The position numbers and the translations under genes are program-made. Source: Alphaproteobacteria bacterium (GTDB lineage Bacteria > Pseudomonadota > Alphaproteobacteria > UBA828). Taken from it: 64,000 nucleotides of DNA. Below are positions 23,647-33,139 of this stretch, in pieces; position 1 is the first letter of the stretch; each line of letters starts with the position of its first letter. The stretch is from positions 416,001-480,000 of the forward strand of contig CBDCQT010000011.1 in assembly GCA_965220745.1 (NCBI GenBank), read 5' to 3'. The notes under the pieces were generated by a model. That model was given only the letters and a program-made list of their open reading frames with translations. It did not search any database and had not been told where the DNA came from.

Positions 23647-23913
23647 ATGCACGATCCCGCCCTGACGCCGCTGCGCTGGACCTTCTCCTGGCCCGTGATC
23701 CGCAACTCGCTGATCGTCGGCGCCATCGTCGGAACGGTCCTCAACATGATCAATCAGGGCGATCACATCACCGGCGACGGTGCAATCAACTGGTTCAAGC
23801 TCGGGCTGACCTATTGCGTGCCGTTCTGCGTCGCCACCTATGGCGCCTTCGCCGCAGCGCGGCTGTTCGCGAAGCAGATGCGCGCAAAGAGAGAGGGCAG
23901 CGGCGCCAGCTGA
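23647..23913 (+). CDS. Small membrane protein of the NrtS (nitrate/nitrite transporter) family
   Basis: IVGTVLNMINQGD...LTYCVPFCVATYG, as recalled for NrtS-family proteins; two TM helices. Confidence 0.75.
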   Translation: MHDPALTPLRWTFSWPVIRNSLIVGAIVGTVLNMINQGDHITGDGAINWFKLGLTYCVPFCVATYGAFAAARLFAKQMRAKREGSGAS

Positions 23914-23926
23914 TGCGGGCGCGCGC

Positions 23927-24697
23927 TTACTCCCAGCGCGGATCGCGGCCCGCGCGGTAGGCCTCCATGGCCTCGGCGAAGTCCGGCGCGGTCACAGCCT
24001 TGCCCTGCAGCACCAGGTACTTGTGGAAGAAGGCCTCCCACCCGAGGTCGAAGCAGTCGAGCAGCATCTGCTTGGAGGCCCGGCAGCCGGTCGAGTTGGT
24101 GCTGGCGTACTCGGTGAGCAAGGCTTCGAACTCTTCCAGGGCCGTGTCCTCGCCGACCAGGTGATCGACCATGCCGATGCGCTCGGCCTCGGTGCCGTCG
24201 ATCATGTTGCCACGGATGATCAGCGACTTGGCGCGGCCCAGGCCGATATAGCGCGCGAGGCGGAAGGTGCCTAAGCCGGGAATCAGCCCCTCCTTGATCG
24301 CTGGAAGGCCGAGCTGGGCCGAGGGCGTGCAGACTCGGATGTCGCAGGCCAGCGCCAGTTGCAGGCCGCCGCCGACGGCGTAGCCGTGAATCAGGCACAG
24401 CACGAGCTTGTCCATCGTCTCGAACGCCCGGAGTGCCCGGTCCCACATGTCGAAATAGCTCGGCTCGATATTTCCGGCGGCGAGATCCTTGAGGTCGATG
24501 CCGGTAGAGAACGCCCGCCCCGAGCCGGTGATCGACACCATGCGGACATCCTCGTCAGCGGCGAGGCGGTTGGCCGCGTCGAGCAGCTCCCGGGTGCCGG
24601 TCATGGCGAAGGCGTTGAGCCGCTCGGGTCGCGTCAGCTCGACGCGGACGAGCCGGCCTTCGCGCGAGAGCGTCATGGTCTCGTAGTCTGCGGTCAT
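23927..24697 (-). CDS. Enoyl-CoA hydratase/isomerase family protein
   Basis: RPERLNA, AFSTGIDL, GYAVGGGLQLALACDIR. Confidence 0.9.
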   Translation of the reverse strand: MTADYETMTLSREGRLVRVELTRPERLNAFAMTGTRELLDAANRLAADEDVRMVSITGSGRAFSTGIDLKDLAAGNIEPSYFDMWDRALRAFETMDKLVLCLIHGYAVGGGLQLALACDIRVCTPSAQLGLPAIKEGLIPGLGTFRLARYIGLGRAKSLIIRGNMIDGTEAERIGMVDHLVGEDTALEEFEALLTEYASTNSTGCRASKQMLLDCFDLGWEAFFHKYLVLQGKAVTAPDFAEAMEAYRAGRDPRWE

Positions 24698-24836
24698 TGT
24701 GGGGCCCCTGGACTCTATGCCTGCCAAACAGCCCGCAGTTTATCCGATCGGCAGCGTGACGCGTGGTGGTGGCCCGCCTGTTCGTTCCTCGTTGTGAGCG
24801 CTATCGTAGCCGCCGGCAGCCGTTATAAGGCGAGCG

Positions 24837-26132
24837 ATGCGCGAGAACGCAGCGAGCCGGAGCTTGCACGAGCTCTATCGGGAGGATCCCGACAAGGCCG
24901 ACCGCCTGCTGTTCGGCCGCGTCGCTCATCCCGACCGGCGCGGGTTTCTCAAGGGTGCCGGGCTTGCCGCCATGACGGCGCTGGTGGGCGGCACCATCCC
25001 CTTCCACCGCAATATGCCGGCGCACTTCATTCCCGTCGCGCTCGCGGACGAGCCCGTCATTCAGGGCAAGGACGGCCTGGTCGTGCTTAACGACCGGCCG
25101 CTGAGCGCGGAGACCCCAGCGCACCTCCTCGACGACGCCATCACGCCGACCGAGCGGCACTTCATCCGCAACAACGGCATTCCGCCCGCGAGCACGGATG
25201 CAGCCGCCTGGACGCTCACCGTCGACGGCCTGGTCGAGACCCCGCTGACGCTCGGCATCGACGATCTGAAGCGCCGCTTCGATGTCGTCACCGCGGCGTT
25301 GACGCTGGAATGTGCCGGCAACGGCCGCGCCTTTTTCGACCCGCCGGCCAACGGTGCGCAGTGGACCTACGGCGCCGTCGCCTGCTCGGAATGGACGGGG
25401 GTCCGCCTTGCCGACGTGCTCAAGGCGGCAGGATTGAAGAGCGACGTCGTCTACACCGCGCACGAGGGTGCCGACACGAACCCCTCCGGCGCGGCGAGCG
25501 GGCTCCCGATCTCGCGCGGCGTGCCCATCGCCAAGGCCATGGACCACGACTCTCTCATCGCCTTCGCCCAGAACGGGCAGCCGATCCACTCCATGAACGG
25601 AGCGCCGCTGCGCCTGGTCTTCCCTGGATGGCCGGGGTCGTGCTCTCAAAAATGGCTTACGCGCGTCTGGCTGCGCGACCGGGTCCACGACGGGGCCAAG
25701 ATGACCGGCACCTCCTACCGCGTTCCGGGTCGTCCGCTGGCGCCGGGGGAACAGTTGGATAAATCCGAGTTCGTCATCATCGAGGCGATGCCGGTCAAGT
25801 CGCTGATCGCCAACCCCGCCACCGGGCACAGGGCTGCGGCGACGGCACTGGAGGTGCGCGGCCACGCCTGGGCCGGCGAGCGGACCGTCGATACGGTCCG
25901 GCTTTCCATCGACTTCGGCGCGACCTGGATGGATGCCACGCTCGATGAGCCGGTGAACGCGCACGCCTGGCAGAACTGGCGTGCTGCGGTCGAATTTCCG
26001 GGGCCCGGCTACTACGAGGTCTGGGCCAGGGCGACGGATTCAGAGGGCGTAAGCCAGCCCCATGCCGTCGCCTGGAACCCGAAAGGCTATCTCAACAACG
26101 CGATGCACCGCGTGGCCGTCACGGTCGCTTAG
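24837..26132 (+). CDS. Tat-exported molybdopterin sulfite oxidase family enzyme (SorT-like sulfite dehydrogenase)
   Basis: Twin-arginine RRGFLK; FIRNNG; Mo-ligating ECAGNGR; NGAPLRL; WNPKGYLNN. Confidence 0.88.
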   Translation: MRENAASRSLHELYREDPDKADRLLFGRVAHPDRRGFLKGAGLAAMTALVGGTIPFHRNMPAHFIPVALADEPVIQGKDGLVVLNDRPLSAETPAHLLDDAITPTERHFIRNNGIPPASTDAAAWTLTVDGLVETPLTLGIDDLKRRFDVVTAALTLECAGNGRAFFDPPANGAQWTYGAVACSEWTGVRLADVLKAAGLKSDVVYTAHEGADTNPSGAASGLPISRGVPIAKAMDHDSLIAFAQNGQPIHSMNGAPLRLVFPGWPGSCSQKWLTRVWLRDRVHDGAKMTGTSYRVPGRPLAPGEQLDKSEFVIIEAMPVKSLIANPATGHRAAATALEVRGHAWAGERTVDTVRLSIDFGATWMDATLDEPVNAHAWQNWRAAVEFPGPGYYEVWARATDSEGVSQPHAVAWNPKGYLNNAMHRVAVTVA

Positions 26133-26219
26133 GGACGGTATCGCCGCCCGTTAAATTCTTCCGGTAGCGGGCAAATTTGTGTTGTCGCACCGGCGTCGCC
26201 TCCCCATGTCCGGATCGCC

Positions 26220-27470
26220 ATGACCGCGACGCTTCGACAGCTCGCCGCGCTGCTGCTCGGCACGGCGATCCTCTTCACCGGCAACGGGCTGATCAACACG
26301 CTGCTGCCCGTGCGGGCCGAGATCGAGGCCTTCTCGACGCTCGAGATCGGCCTGCTCGGCACGGTCTACTTCGCGGGCTTCATCCTGGGCTGCCTCAATG
26401 TGCCCTTCGTAGTGCGCCGCGTCGGCCACATCAGGACCTTCGCGACGCTCTCCAGCATCATCGCCGCCACGGCACTCGCCCACGTCTTCCTGATCGATCC
26501 CATCGCCTGGGGCGTGCTGCGCTTGTTTGTCGGGTTCGCCTTCGCCGGTCTCTACGTGGTGATCGAGAGCTGGCTGAACGACCGCGCCACCACCGCTAAC
26601 CGCGGCGCGATCATGTCGGCATACACCTTCATCAGCCTTTGCGTGCTGATGGCAGGGCAATTCCTGCTGACGACGTACGACCCCGCGGGTTTCGAGCTGT
26701 TCGCGCTCATCGCCATCCTGATTGCGATCGCGCTGGTTCCGGTGTCGCTGACCAGGGCGCCGGAGCCGCCCCGGCCTGCGACCATCGGTCTCGACATCGT
26801 GGGGCTCTGGCGCCTCTCGCCAGTGGGCTTCGTCGGCTGCTTGAGTGTCGGCCTCGTAAACGGCTCGTTCTGGACGCTCGGGCCGATCTTCGCGAGCCGC
26901 AGCGGCCTCGACATCGACAATCTGGTCTACTTCATCGCGGGCGCCACGCTCGCAGGCGCCGTCGCGCAATGGCCGCTCGGCCTGGTCTCTGACCGCATCG
27001 ACCGGCGCTTCGTGATCGTCGGAGCAACGCTCTGCGCGGCGGCGAGCGGTGTCCTGCTCAGCACCTGGGTGGAGCCGTCGACCACCCTGCTGATCGGGCT
27101 CTCCGCCGCGTTTGGCGGCTTCGCCATGCCGCTCTATGCAGTCTCGGTGGCGCATGCGAACGACCACGCCGAAGACACACGCTTCGTGGCGACCGCTGGC
27201 GGGCTCCTGCTGGTCTACGGGCTCGGTGCGTCGCTCGGGCCGCTGATCGCGTCGGCCCTGATGGGGTACTACGGCAGTGGCGGCCTGTTCATGTTCACGA
27301 CCTCCGTCCACGCGGCGCTGGCGCTCTTCACCATCGTCCGCCTCGTGCAACGCCCGCGACCGAAGCAGGACGATCGTTCTGGGTTCGTGGCGGTGCCGCG
27401 CACCTCGCCCACCCTCTACGAGCTGGACCCCCGCTCCGAGACTGAATCGGACGGCGACAAGTCGCCCTAA
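26220..27470 (+). CDS. MFS transporter (YcaD-like)
   Basis: About 12 TM helices; RVGHIRTFA, IESWLN, QWPLGLVSDRIDRR, HAND. Confidence 0.9.
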   Translation: MTATLRQLAALLLGTAILFTGNGLINTLLPVRAEIEAFSTLEIGLLGTVYFAGFILGCLNVPFVVRRVGHIRTFATLSSIIAATALAHVFLIDPIAWGVLRLFVGFAFAGLYVVIESWLNDRATTANRGAIMSAYTFISLCVLMAGQFLLTTYDPAGFELFALIAILIAIALVPVSLTRAPEPPRPATIGLDIVGLWRLSPVGFVGCLSVGLVNGSFWTLGPIFASRSGLDIDNLVYFIAGATLAGAVAQWPLGLVSDRIDRRFVIVGATLCAAASGVLLSTWVEPSTTLLIGLSAAFGGFAMPLYAVSVAHANDHAEDTRFVATAGGLLLVYGLGASLGPLIASALMGYYGSGGLFMFTTSVHAALALFTIVRLVQRPRPKQDDRSGFVAVPRTSPTLYELDPRSETESDGDKSP

Positions 27471-27547
27471 TACGGGCATTCTTGCGCGCGATTCAGGCGG
27501 ACGTCCCAGCGCGTCCCGGCCGCTCTCGCAGATCGTGAGGAGGCCTC

Positions 27548-28435
27548 TTGACCACGATCCTGGGTTCCGGGCCCGATCGCGGCCGCGTCACGGGCCGCCT
27601 CTGGGTGCTCTCAGCCGGGCTCTGCATGAGCCTCGGCGGGCCAATTATCCGGCTCGCCGACGAGAGCACGCCGTGGCAGTTCCTGTTCTACCGCTCCCTC
27701 GGGGCGGCGCTGGCGATCCTCATATATCTAATTGTCACGGGTCGTCCGGTGCTTCCGACGATCCGCCGCGCAGGAGCGACCGGCGCAGTGGCGGGCCTGG
27801 GCCTCGCGGTCGCCTTCACCGGCTACGTGTGGGGCGTGATGCACTCCACGGTGGCGAACGCGCTGCTCCTGATCAGCGCGTCGCCGCTGTTCGCGGCGTT
27901 CATCGGCTGGATGGTGCTGCGCGAGCGCGTCGCGCGCTCGATGTGGTTTGCCATCGCCGGTGTGATCGCCGGTGTCGCCATCATGATCGGGGAGGGTCTG
28001 GCCGAGGCCGACATCCTCGGCGATCTGGCGTCGCTCGCCTCTGCGGTCGGCTTCGCCGGCTTCTCGGTCGCCATCCGGCGCGGCCGGCACACCGACATGA
28101 GCCCGTCGATCCTGATCGCCGCCGCCATCACCATCGTGTTCAGCGGGATCATGGCGGCGGCCAGCGGCACCGGCCTCGCGCCGCCGCTCGTGGATGTGGG
28201 CCTCGCCACCATGTACGGCGTGCTGGTCATCGGCGCCGGCATCTTCATGCTGACCATCGGCGCGCGAAACGTCCCTGCCGCCGAGCTGCTCGTGCTCTCG
28301 CTGACCGAGGTGGTGTTCGCGTCGCTCTGGGTGGCGCTCGCGTTCGGCGAGGTGCCGAGCATCCTCACCCTCGTCGGCGGGCTGATCATCCTCGGCAGCA
28401 TTGGCGGCCAGGCCTTCGCCGGGATGCGCAGGTAG
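27548..28435 (+). CDS. DMT/EamA family transporter
   Basis: About 10 TM helices in two EamA-like repeats; TTG start. Confidence 0.85.
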   Translation: MTTILGSGPDRGRVTGRLWVLSAGLCMSLGGPIIRLADESTPWQFLFYRSLGAALAILIYLIVTGRPVLPTIRRAGATGAVAGLGLAVAFTGYVWGVMHSTVANALLLISASPLFAAFIGWMVLRERVARSMWFAIAGVIAGVAIMIGEGLAEADILGDLASLASAVGFAGFSVAIRRGRHTDMSPSILIAAAITIVFSGIMAAASGTGLAPPLVDVGLATMYGVLVIGAGIFMLTIGARNVPAAELLVLSLTEVVFASLWVALAFGEVPSILTLVGGLIILGSIGGQAFAGMRR

Positions 28436-28445
28436 CTTTGCCCGC

Positions 28446-29735
28446 TCACTCCACCTTGGAGGGGCCCTGACGCACCAGCTTGGTGCCGAAGCCGCGGCCC
28501 CTGACGATGGCGTCCTCTCCGAACTTTTCGCGCACCGCATCCAGAGCCTTGTCGATCTTCTCCTCCCCAGGTGCGGCACCGCTGAAGAGGTCGCCTTGGA
28601 CGACTTCGGCCGCCGGGGCGAGGTCATGAGCGGCGATGCCGATCAGGCGGAACGCACGGCCATCGGCCTCGCGCGCGAGCAGCGGCTCGGCCGCGCGGAA
28701 CATCTCGTCCGCCGATTGGGTGGCGGCGCCGAGGCGGCGGGCGCGGGTGAGGATGCGGAAGTCGGCGGTCTTGAGCTTGAGCGTGACGCCGCCGCCAGCG
28801 AGGTCGGCCTTCTTCAGGCGTCGCGCCACCGTCTCGGTCAGCCGCCAGAGGATCGGGCGCAGCGTCGCCGGATCGGACAGGTCTTCGTCGAGGGTGATCT
28901 CCGAGGAAATGCTCTTGGTCTCGCGCTCGGGATTGACCGGGCGGTCGTCCTCGCCACGCGCGCACATGTGGAGCCGCTTGCCGATCTTGCCGTAGCGCGC
29001 GGTGAGCGTCGCCTCGTCGAGCCGGGCGAGCGCGCCGATCAGCGTAATGCCGTCTTGCGCGAGGCGCCGCTGCATGGCCGCGCCCACACCCCACAGCAGC
29101 CCCACCGGCTTGTCGGCGAGGAAGGCGCGGGCCTCGGCCCGTCCGATCACGGCGAAGCCGCGCGGCTTGTCGAGATCGGAGGCGATCTTGGCCAGGAACT
29201 TGTTGTAGCTGAGGCCGATGGAGACGGTGATGGAAAGCGCCTCCTCCACCCGACGCGCGAGGTCTGCGAGGGTTTCGGCGGCGCTCGCGCGGTGCAGGGC
29301 CTCGGTGCCGGAGAGGTCCATGAACGCCTCGTCGATGGAGAGCGGCTCCACCAGCGGCGTGCATTCCAGCATCATCGCCCGAACCTCGCGGCCGACGCCC
29401 GCGTACTTCTTCATGTCGGGCTTGATGACTTCGGCCTCCGGGCAGGCCTTGAGCGCCTTGAACATGGGCATCGCGGAGCGCACGCCGTAGGTGCGGGCGA
29501 TGTAGCAGCAGGCGGCAACCACGCCCCGGTGGCGGCCGCCCACGATCACCGGGCGGTCGCGAAGCTCCGGATGGTCGCGCTTCTCGATCGCGGCGTAGAA
29601 CGCGTCGCAGTCGAGGTGGGCGATAGTGAGGTCGAGAAGCTCGGCGTGGCTCAGCAAGCGCGCCGACCCGCAGGCCGGGCAAGGGCCAGCAGAGCCGAGC
29701 GGCCAGTGGCCGCAATCGCGGCACAGTGTCTCCAC
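28446..29735 (-). CDS. dinB: DNA polymerase IV
   Basis: HLDCDAFYAAIE, SIDEAF, KIASDLDKP; N-terminal CxxC...CxxC typical of alphaproteobacterial DinB. Confidence 0.96.
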   Translation of the reverse strand: METLCRDCGHWPLGSAGPCPACGSARLLSHAELLDLTIAHLDCDAFYAAIEKRDHPELRDRPVIVGGRHRGVVAACCYIARTYGVRSAMPMFKALKACPEAEVIKPDMKKYAGVGREVRAMMLECTPLVEPLSIDEAFMDLSGTEALHRASAAETLADLARRVEEALSITVSIGLSYNKFLAKIASDLDKPRGFAVIGRAEARAFLADKPVGLLWGVGAAMQRRLAQDGITLIGALARLDEATLTARYGKIGKRLHMCARGEDDRPVNPERETKSISSEITLDEDLSDPATLRPILWRLTETVARRLKKADLAGGGVTLKLKTADFRILTRARRLGAATQSADEMFRAAEPLLAREADGRAFRLIGIAAHDLAPAAEVVQGDLFSGAAPGEEKIDKALDAVREKFGEDAIVRGRGFGTKLVRQGPSKVE

Positions 29736-29813
29736 GGGGCGATCATAGGACTCGATCCGTGCCGTGCGAAGGCATAGGGGACGCGCGCCCGGCGTGCGTC
29801 GTCCGGCTGATCG

Positions 29814-30998
29814 TTATTCGAAGCCGCAGGCCGCGGCCGTCGTCCCGATCGAGGCCCACTGGCCGGTGCGCTCGCCGAAGCAGCCGTCGCGCCACGCGCC
29901 CTCGAAGATGGTGCCGTCGGCTTGCGTGTATGTGCCTTGGCCGTGCGGCCTGCCCTCGCGCCATCCACCCACGTAGCGCGCGCCGTTGGCCTGGGTAAGT
30001 GTCCCATGCCCGTGCTGCTTGCCGTCCCGAAGCTCGCCCTCGTAGCGGAAGCCGTTGGCCCAGTTCAGGACCCCACGTCCGTGCATCTTGCCGTCCCGCA
30101 TGGCACCGTCGTACACGCCCTCGCCACCGCGAAAGACCAGGCGCCCGCTGCCCGCTGCCTTGCCGTTCATGCAGGGGCCCGACCAGGTGAGCGGCTCGTA
30201 GTTCGTGTTGCCGTAGTTCCACACCTCGCAAGGCTGGTTCTCCGCGATCGACCAGCTCGGGCCCGAGGGCTGGGAAGAGGCTGGTGTATCGGGGGCCGGC
30301 GTGGACGGCGTGCTTGGCGTCGAGCGCGGCCGTTCCGCCACCAGTCTCAGGAGCGGTCCGTAGATGTACGCCTCATCGCCGCTGCGCGGGTATTCCACCC
30401 GCAGCCAGTCTCGACCCCGAACCTCACCGGTCACGTGCAGCTCGTCGCCGGCCATCACAGTCCCCACGATGTCGTAGTCGGGGCTGGGGCCGGTCCTGAT
30501 ATTGGCCGCCTCTCTCGCCGACATCAGGCGATCCACCGGCTTTACCCTGTGGCGTCCCCCCAGTGTAGTTTCCAGGACGGGCTCTTCGTCCTGTTCGCTT
30601 GCGGCGTCATCGACCCGGAGAGGGTCCTCGGCCCCGCACTTGGACCGCTCGAACGAGAAGTGCCCGACGCATGCCCGCGCCTGGTCACGGAACCTGGGCA
30701 GACAGTCGGCAAACTCCTGGTTTTCGGCCTCGGTCGCGAACCGGGTGTTCTCCCAGCAGAGCGCGATCTTGCGGTCGATGGTGCCAAGGCACTGCGCGCG
30801 CTGCGCGGGGAGATCTGTGTATGTGTCGCCTTCGATGTCGCCGTGCAGGGGCTTGACGATGCGCCCGTCGGTCGTCTCGCAATCGAAGGAGAAGCTCCGG
30901 ATTTCCGCTTCTGCGGCCTCGGCGCCAGACCAGAGCATCAGCGCAGCGAGCCCAGCTGCGACCGCTGCCAAGACCCTCATGCCGTTGCGGTGCCGCAT
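29814..30998 (-). CDS. Secreted protein: signal peptide, Cys-rich domain, bacterial SH3 domain, PST linker and MORN repeats
   Basis: Signal ending AEA; ANIRTGPSPDYDIVG...WLRV (SH3b); YxGxxxDGxxHGxG repeats at 23-aa spacing. Confidence 0.8.
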   Translation of the reverse strand: MRHRNGMRVLAAVAAGLAALMLWSGAEAAEAEIRSFSFDCETTDGRIVKPLHGDIEGDTYTDLPAQRAQCLGTIDRKIALCWENTRFATEAENQEFADCLPRFRDQARACVGHFSFERSKCGAEDPLRVDDAASEQDEEPVLETTLGGRHRVKPVDRLMSAREAANIRTGPSPDYDIVGTVMAGDELHVTGEVRGRDWLRVEYPRSGDEAYIYGPLLRLVAERPRSTPSTPSTPAPDTPASSQPSGPSWSIAENQPCEVWNYGNTNYEPLTWSGPCMNGKAAGSGRLVFRGGEGVYDGAMRDGKMHGRGVLNWANGFRYEGELRDGKQHGHGTLTQANGARYVGGWREGRPHGQGTYTQADGTIFEGAWRDGCFGERTGQWASIGTTAAACGFE

Positions 30999-31138
30999 GT
31001 CCTGCACCACCCCTTCAGCCCGCTCCAATCGCGCCATGCCTAAGATGCACGTCTCTGTGCGCCGAGTATAGTACAGGAGGCGGCCGCTATGAATTTCGGT
31101 GGGGCGGCCGCCTGACCCCATGGCGAAGAGAGTCGCCG

Positions 31139-31558
31139 ATGGATGCCGACGAAATCATCGCCCGCTACGAACTGACACCGCACCCTGAGGGCGGCCACTA
31201 CCGCGAGATCTTTCGCGCGCACGCCGAAGACGGCGGCCGCGGCGCCGTGACCTCCATCTATTACCTATTGCGGGCCGGCGAGGTCTCGGCCTGGCACCGG
31301 GTCGATGCGGTGGAGATCTGGCACTACCACGCCGGCGATGCGCTCAGGCTCGAGCTTTCGCTGGATGGCGTCGAGATCACTAGCCATCGGCTCGGCGTGG
31401 ACGAGGGTGCGTGGCCTCAAGTCGTGGTTCCCGTCGGCGTCTGGCAAAGCGCGCGTCCGGAAGGCGCCTGGACACTGGTCGGGTGCACGGTAGCACCGGC
31501 GTTCGAGTTCGCCGGCTTCGAGCTGGCCCCACCCGGCTGGCAGCCGGGGCGCGCGTAG
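31139..31558 (+). CDS. Cupin_5 (DUF985) protein
   Basis: PHPEGGHYRE, TSIYYLL, WHRVDAVEIWH, GCTVAPAFEF. Confidence 0.92.
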   Translation: MDADEIIARYELTPHPEGGHYREIFRAHAEDGGRGAVTSIYYLLRAGEVSAWHRVDAVEIWHYHAGDALRLELSLDGVEITSHRLGVDEGAWPQVVVPVGVWQSARPEGAWTLVGCTVAPAFEFAGFELAPPGWQPGRA

Positions 31559-31579
31559 TGCTTGCGTGGGGATGCCCCG

Positions 31580-32983
31580 CTAACCCCTCTCTGCGGCGAA
31601 GTTTGCCAGGCGCTCCACGACAAAGCGGAGCGATTCCTCCGTCGTCCTGCGGCTGATGATGCCGAGGCGGACGGCCTCGGGCCCGTCGGGTCTCAGCGCC
31701 TCGGCCCAGGCCAGCACGCCTTCGTTCCGCAGATGCTGGACTGCGTCGGTAGCGGTGAAGGCGCCGGCCCGCATCGCCGGGTGAACGGTGCAGACGACCG
31801 GCAACGGCGTCCGGTTGACGATCTCCCAGCCCGCCTCGCGCAGCATGCCGCGCAGCGTATCGCCCAGCGCCGCTTCCCCCTCGATCCGCTGCGCCAGCGC
31901 CGCCGGCTGAAGAACGGACGTGAGCACCCGGAGCCCGCTGTTGGCGCGCGAGCCCTGGAGCGACATGGAGGAGAACTCATGCCGCTCCGCCGGCCGGTCA
32001 TAGATGTTGAACGCGCGCTCTACCGCCTCACGGTGGCGGCAAAGGAACATGCCGCACCCGCCGGCACCGAGCGGCACAAGCGTCTTGTGCGGGTCGAAGA
32101 TGAGCGAATCCGCGGCATCGAGCCCGGCGAGGCAGTCCTCGCGCAGTCGCGGCGAGAACGCCGCGATGGCGCCCCACGGCGCGTCGAGGTGGAACCATGC
32201 CCCGTGCTCGCGGCACACCGCGCCGATCTCGGCGAGCGGATCGACGATCCCGGACGGCGTCGCGCCGACCGAGCCGACGGCCATGAATGGCAGGAACGCC
32301 CCCGATGCGGCGTCCGCCGCCATCGCGTCTGCGAGCGCGCCCACGTCCATGCGGAGGTCGCCGTCCACGGGCACCGTGCGAATCGAGGCGGTGCCGATCA
32401 GGTTGCGGGCGTTCTTCTCGATGGAGAAGTGGGTCTGAGGCGAGACGTAGAGCGCCGGCCGCACCTTGAGCGGCAGCGCGCCGTGGCGCCAGTACTCGTA
32501 AGGCTCCTCGCGCCCGGCCGCGTCGGAGCAGAGCGCCTGGTCGTAGGCGGTGCAGCGCGGGTTGCGATGGGAAAGCCGGTCGGTGAGCGCGACGATCATG
32601 GCGGTCTGGTTCGCTTCGGTGCCGCACGCGGTGAAGTGACCGGCCCCGCTCTCGGGATCGATGCCGAAGGTCTCCATGATCAGATCGACGGCGTATTGCT
32701 CGATGGCGGCGGAGGCCGGATGCTGGCCCCTGACCACGATGTTCGCGCCGCGCCGATTGGTCTCGTCCATGGCGGCGATCGAGGCCGCATCGGCATCGAT
32801 GCAGAAGTAGCCCATGTTCAGCGGGCTGCTGACATCGGTGTCGTAGAGATCGGCCAAGCGGCGGAAGACCTGCATGAGCCGGTCTACCGGTATATCACCG
32901 GCGCCGGGGTCGAGGTTCTCGCGCACGAGCGCATAGACCGCCTCGAAGGCCGGGGCATCACGGGTCGCGGGCGCTTGCATCAT
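31580..32983 (-). CDS. Group II PLP-dependent amino acid decarboxylase
   Basis: HFSIEK, GIVDPL, HLDAPWG, PLP-lysine motif FDPHK. Confidence 0.85.
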   Translation of the reverse strand: MMQAPATRDAPAFEAVYALVRENLDPGAGDIPVDRLMQVFRRLADLYDTDVSSPLNMGYFCIDADAASIAAMDETNRRGANIVVRGQHPASAAIEQYAVDLIMETFGIDPESGAGHFTACGTEANQTAMIVALTDRLSHRNPRCTAYDQALCSDAAGREEPYEYWRHGALPLKVRPALYVSPQTHFSIEKNARNLIGTASIRTVPVDGDLRMDVGALADAMAADAASGAFLPFMAVGSVGATPSGIVDPLAEIGAVCREHGAWFHLDAPWGAIAAFSPRLREDCLAGLDAADSLIFDPHKTLVPLGAGGCGMFLCRHREAVERAFNIYDRPAERHEFSSMSLQGSRANSGLRVLTSVLQPAALAQRIEGEAALGDTLRGMLREAGWEIVNRTPLPVVCTVHPAMRAGAFTATDAVQHLRNEGVLAWAEALRPDGPEAVRLGIISRRTTEESLRFVVERLANFAAERG

Positions 32984-33070
32984 GGCTGAGGCTCCGTAAG
33001 GGCAGGCCGCAGGCGCACGCGGAACGGCCCTCTTCTTGTAGCAATCAAGAGTAGTGCCGAAGATTCGCGT

Positions 33071-33100
33071 TTGACACTTCAAGCATATATTCAATATACT
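33071..33100 (+). promoter_or_regulatory. AT-rich sigma70 promoter of mucR
   Basis: TTGACA-N18-TATACT in a locally AT-rich tract. Confidence 0.65.
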
Positions 33101-33139
33101 CGCGTAGACTATCGTGTCACCTATGGTAAAGAATTTGAA

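Noticed and set aside
29735-29814. LexA box upstream of dinB
   Set aside because: No GTTC-N7-GTTC or GAAC-N7-GAAC in the intergenic gap
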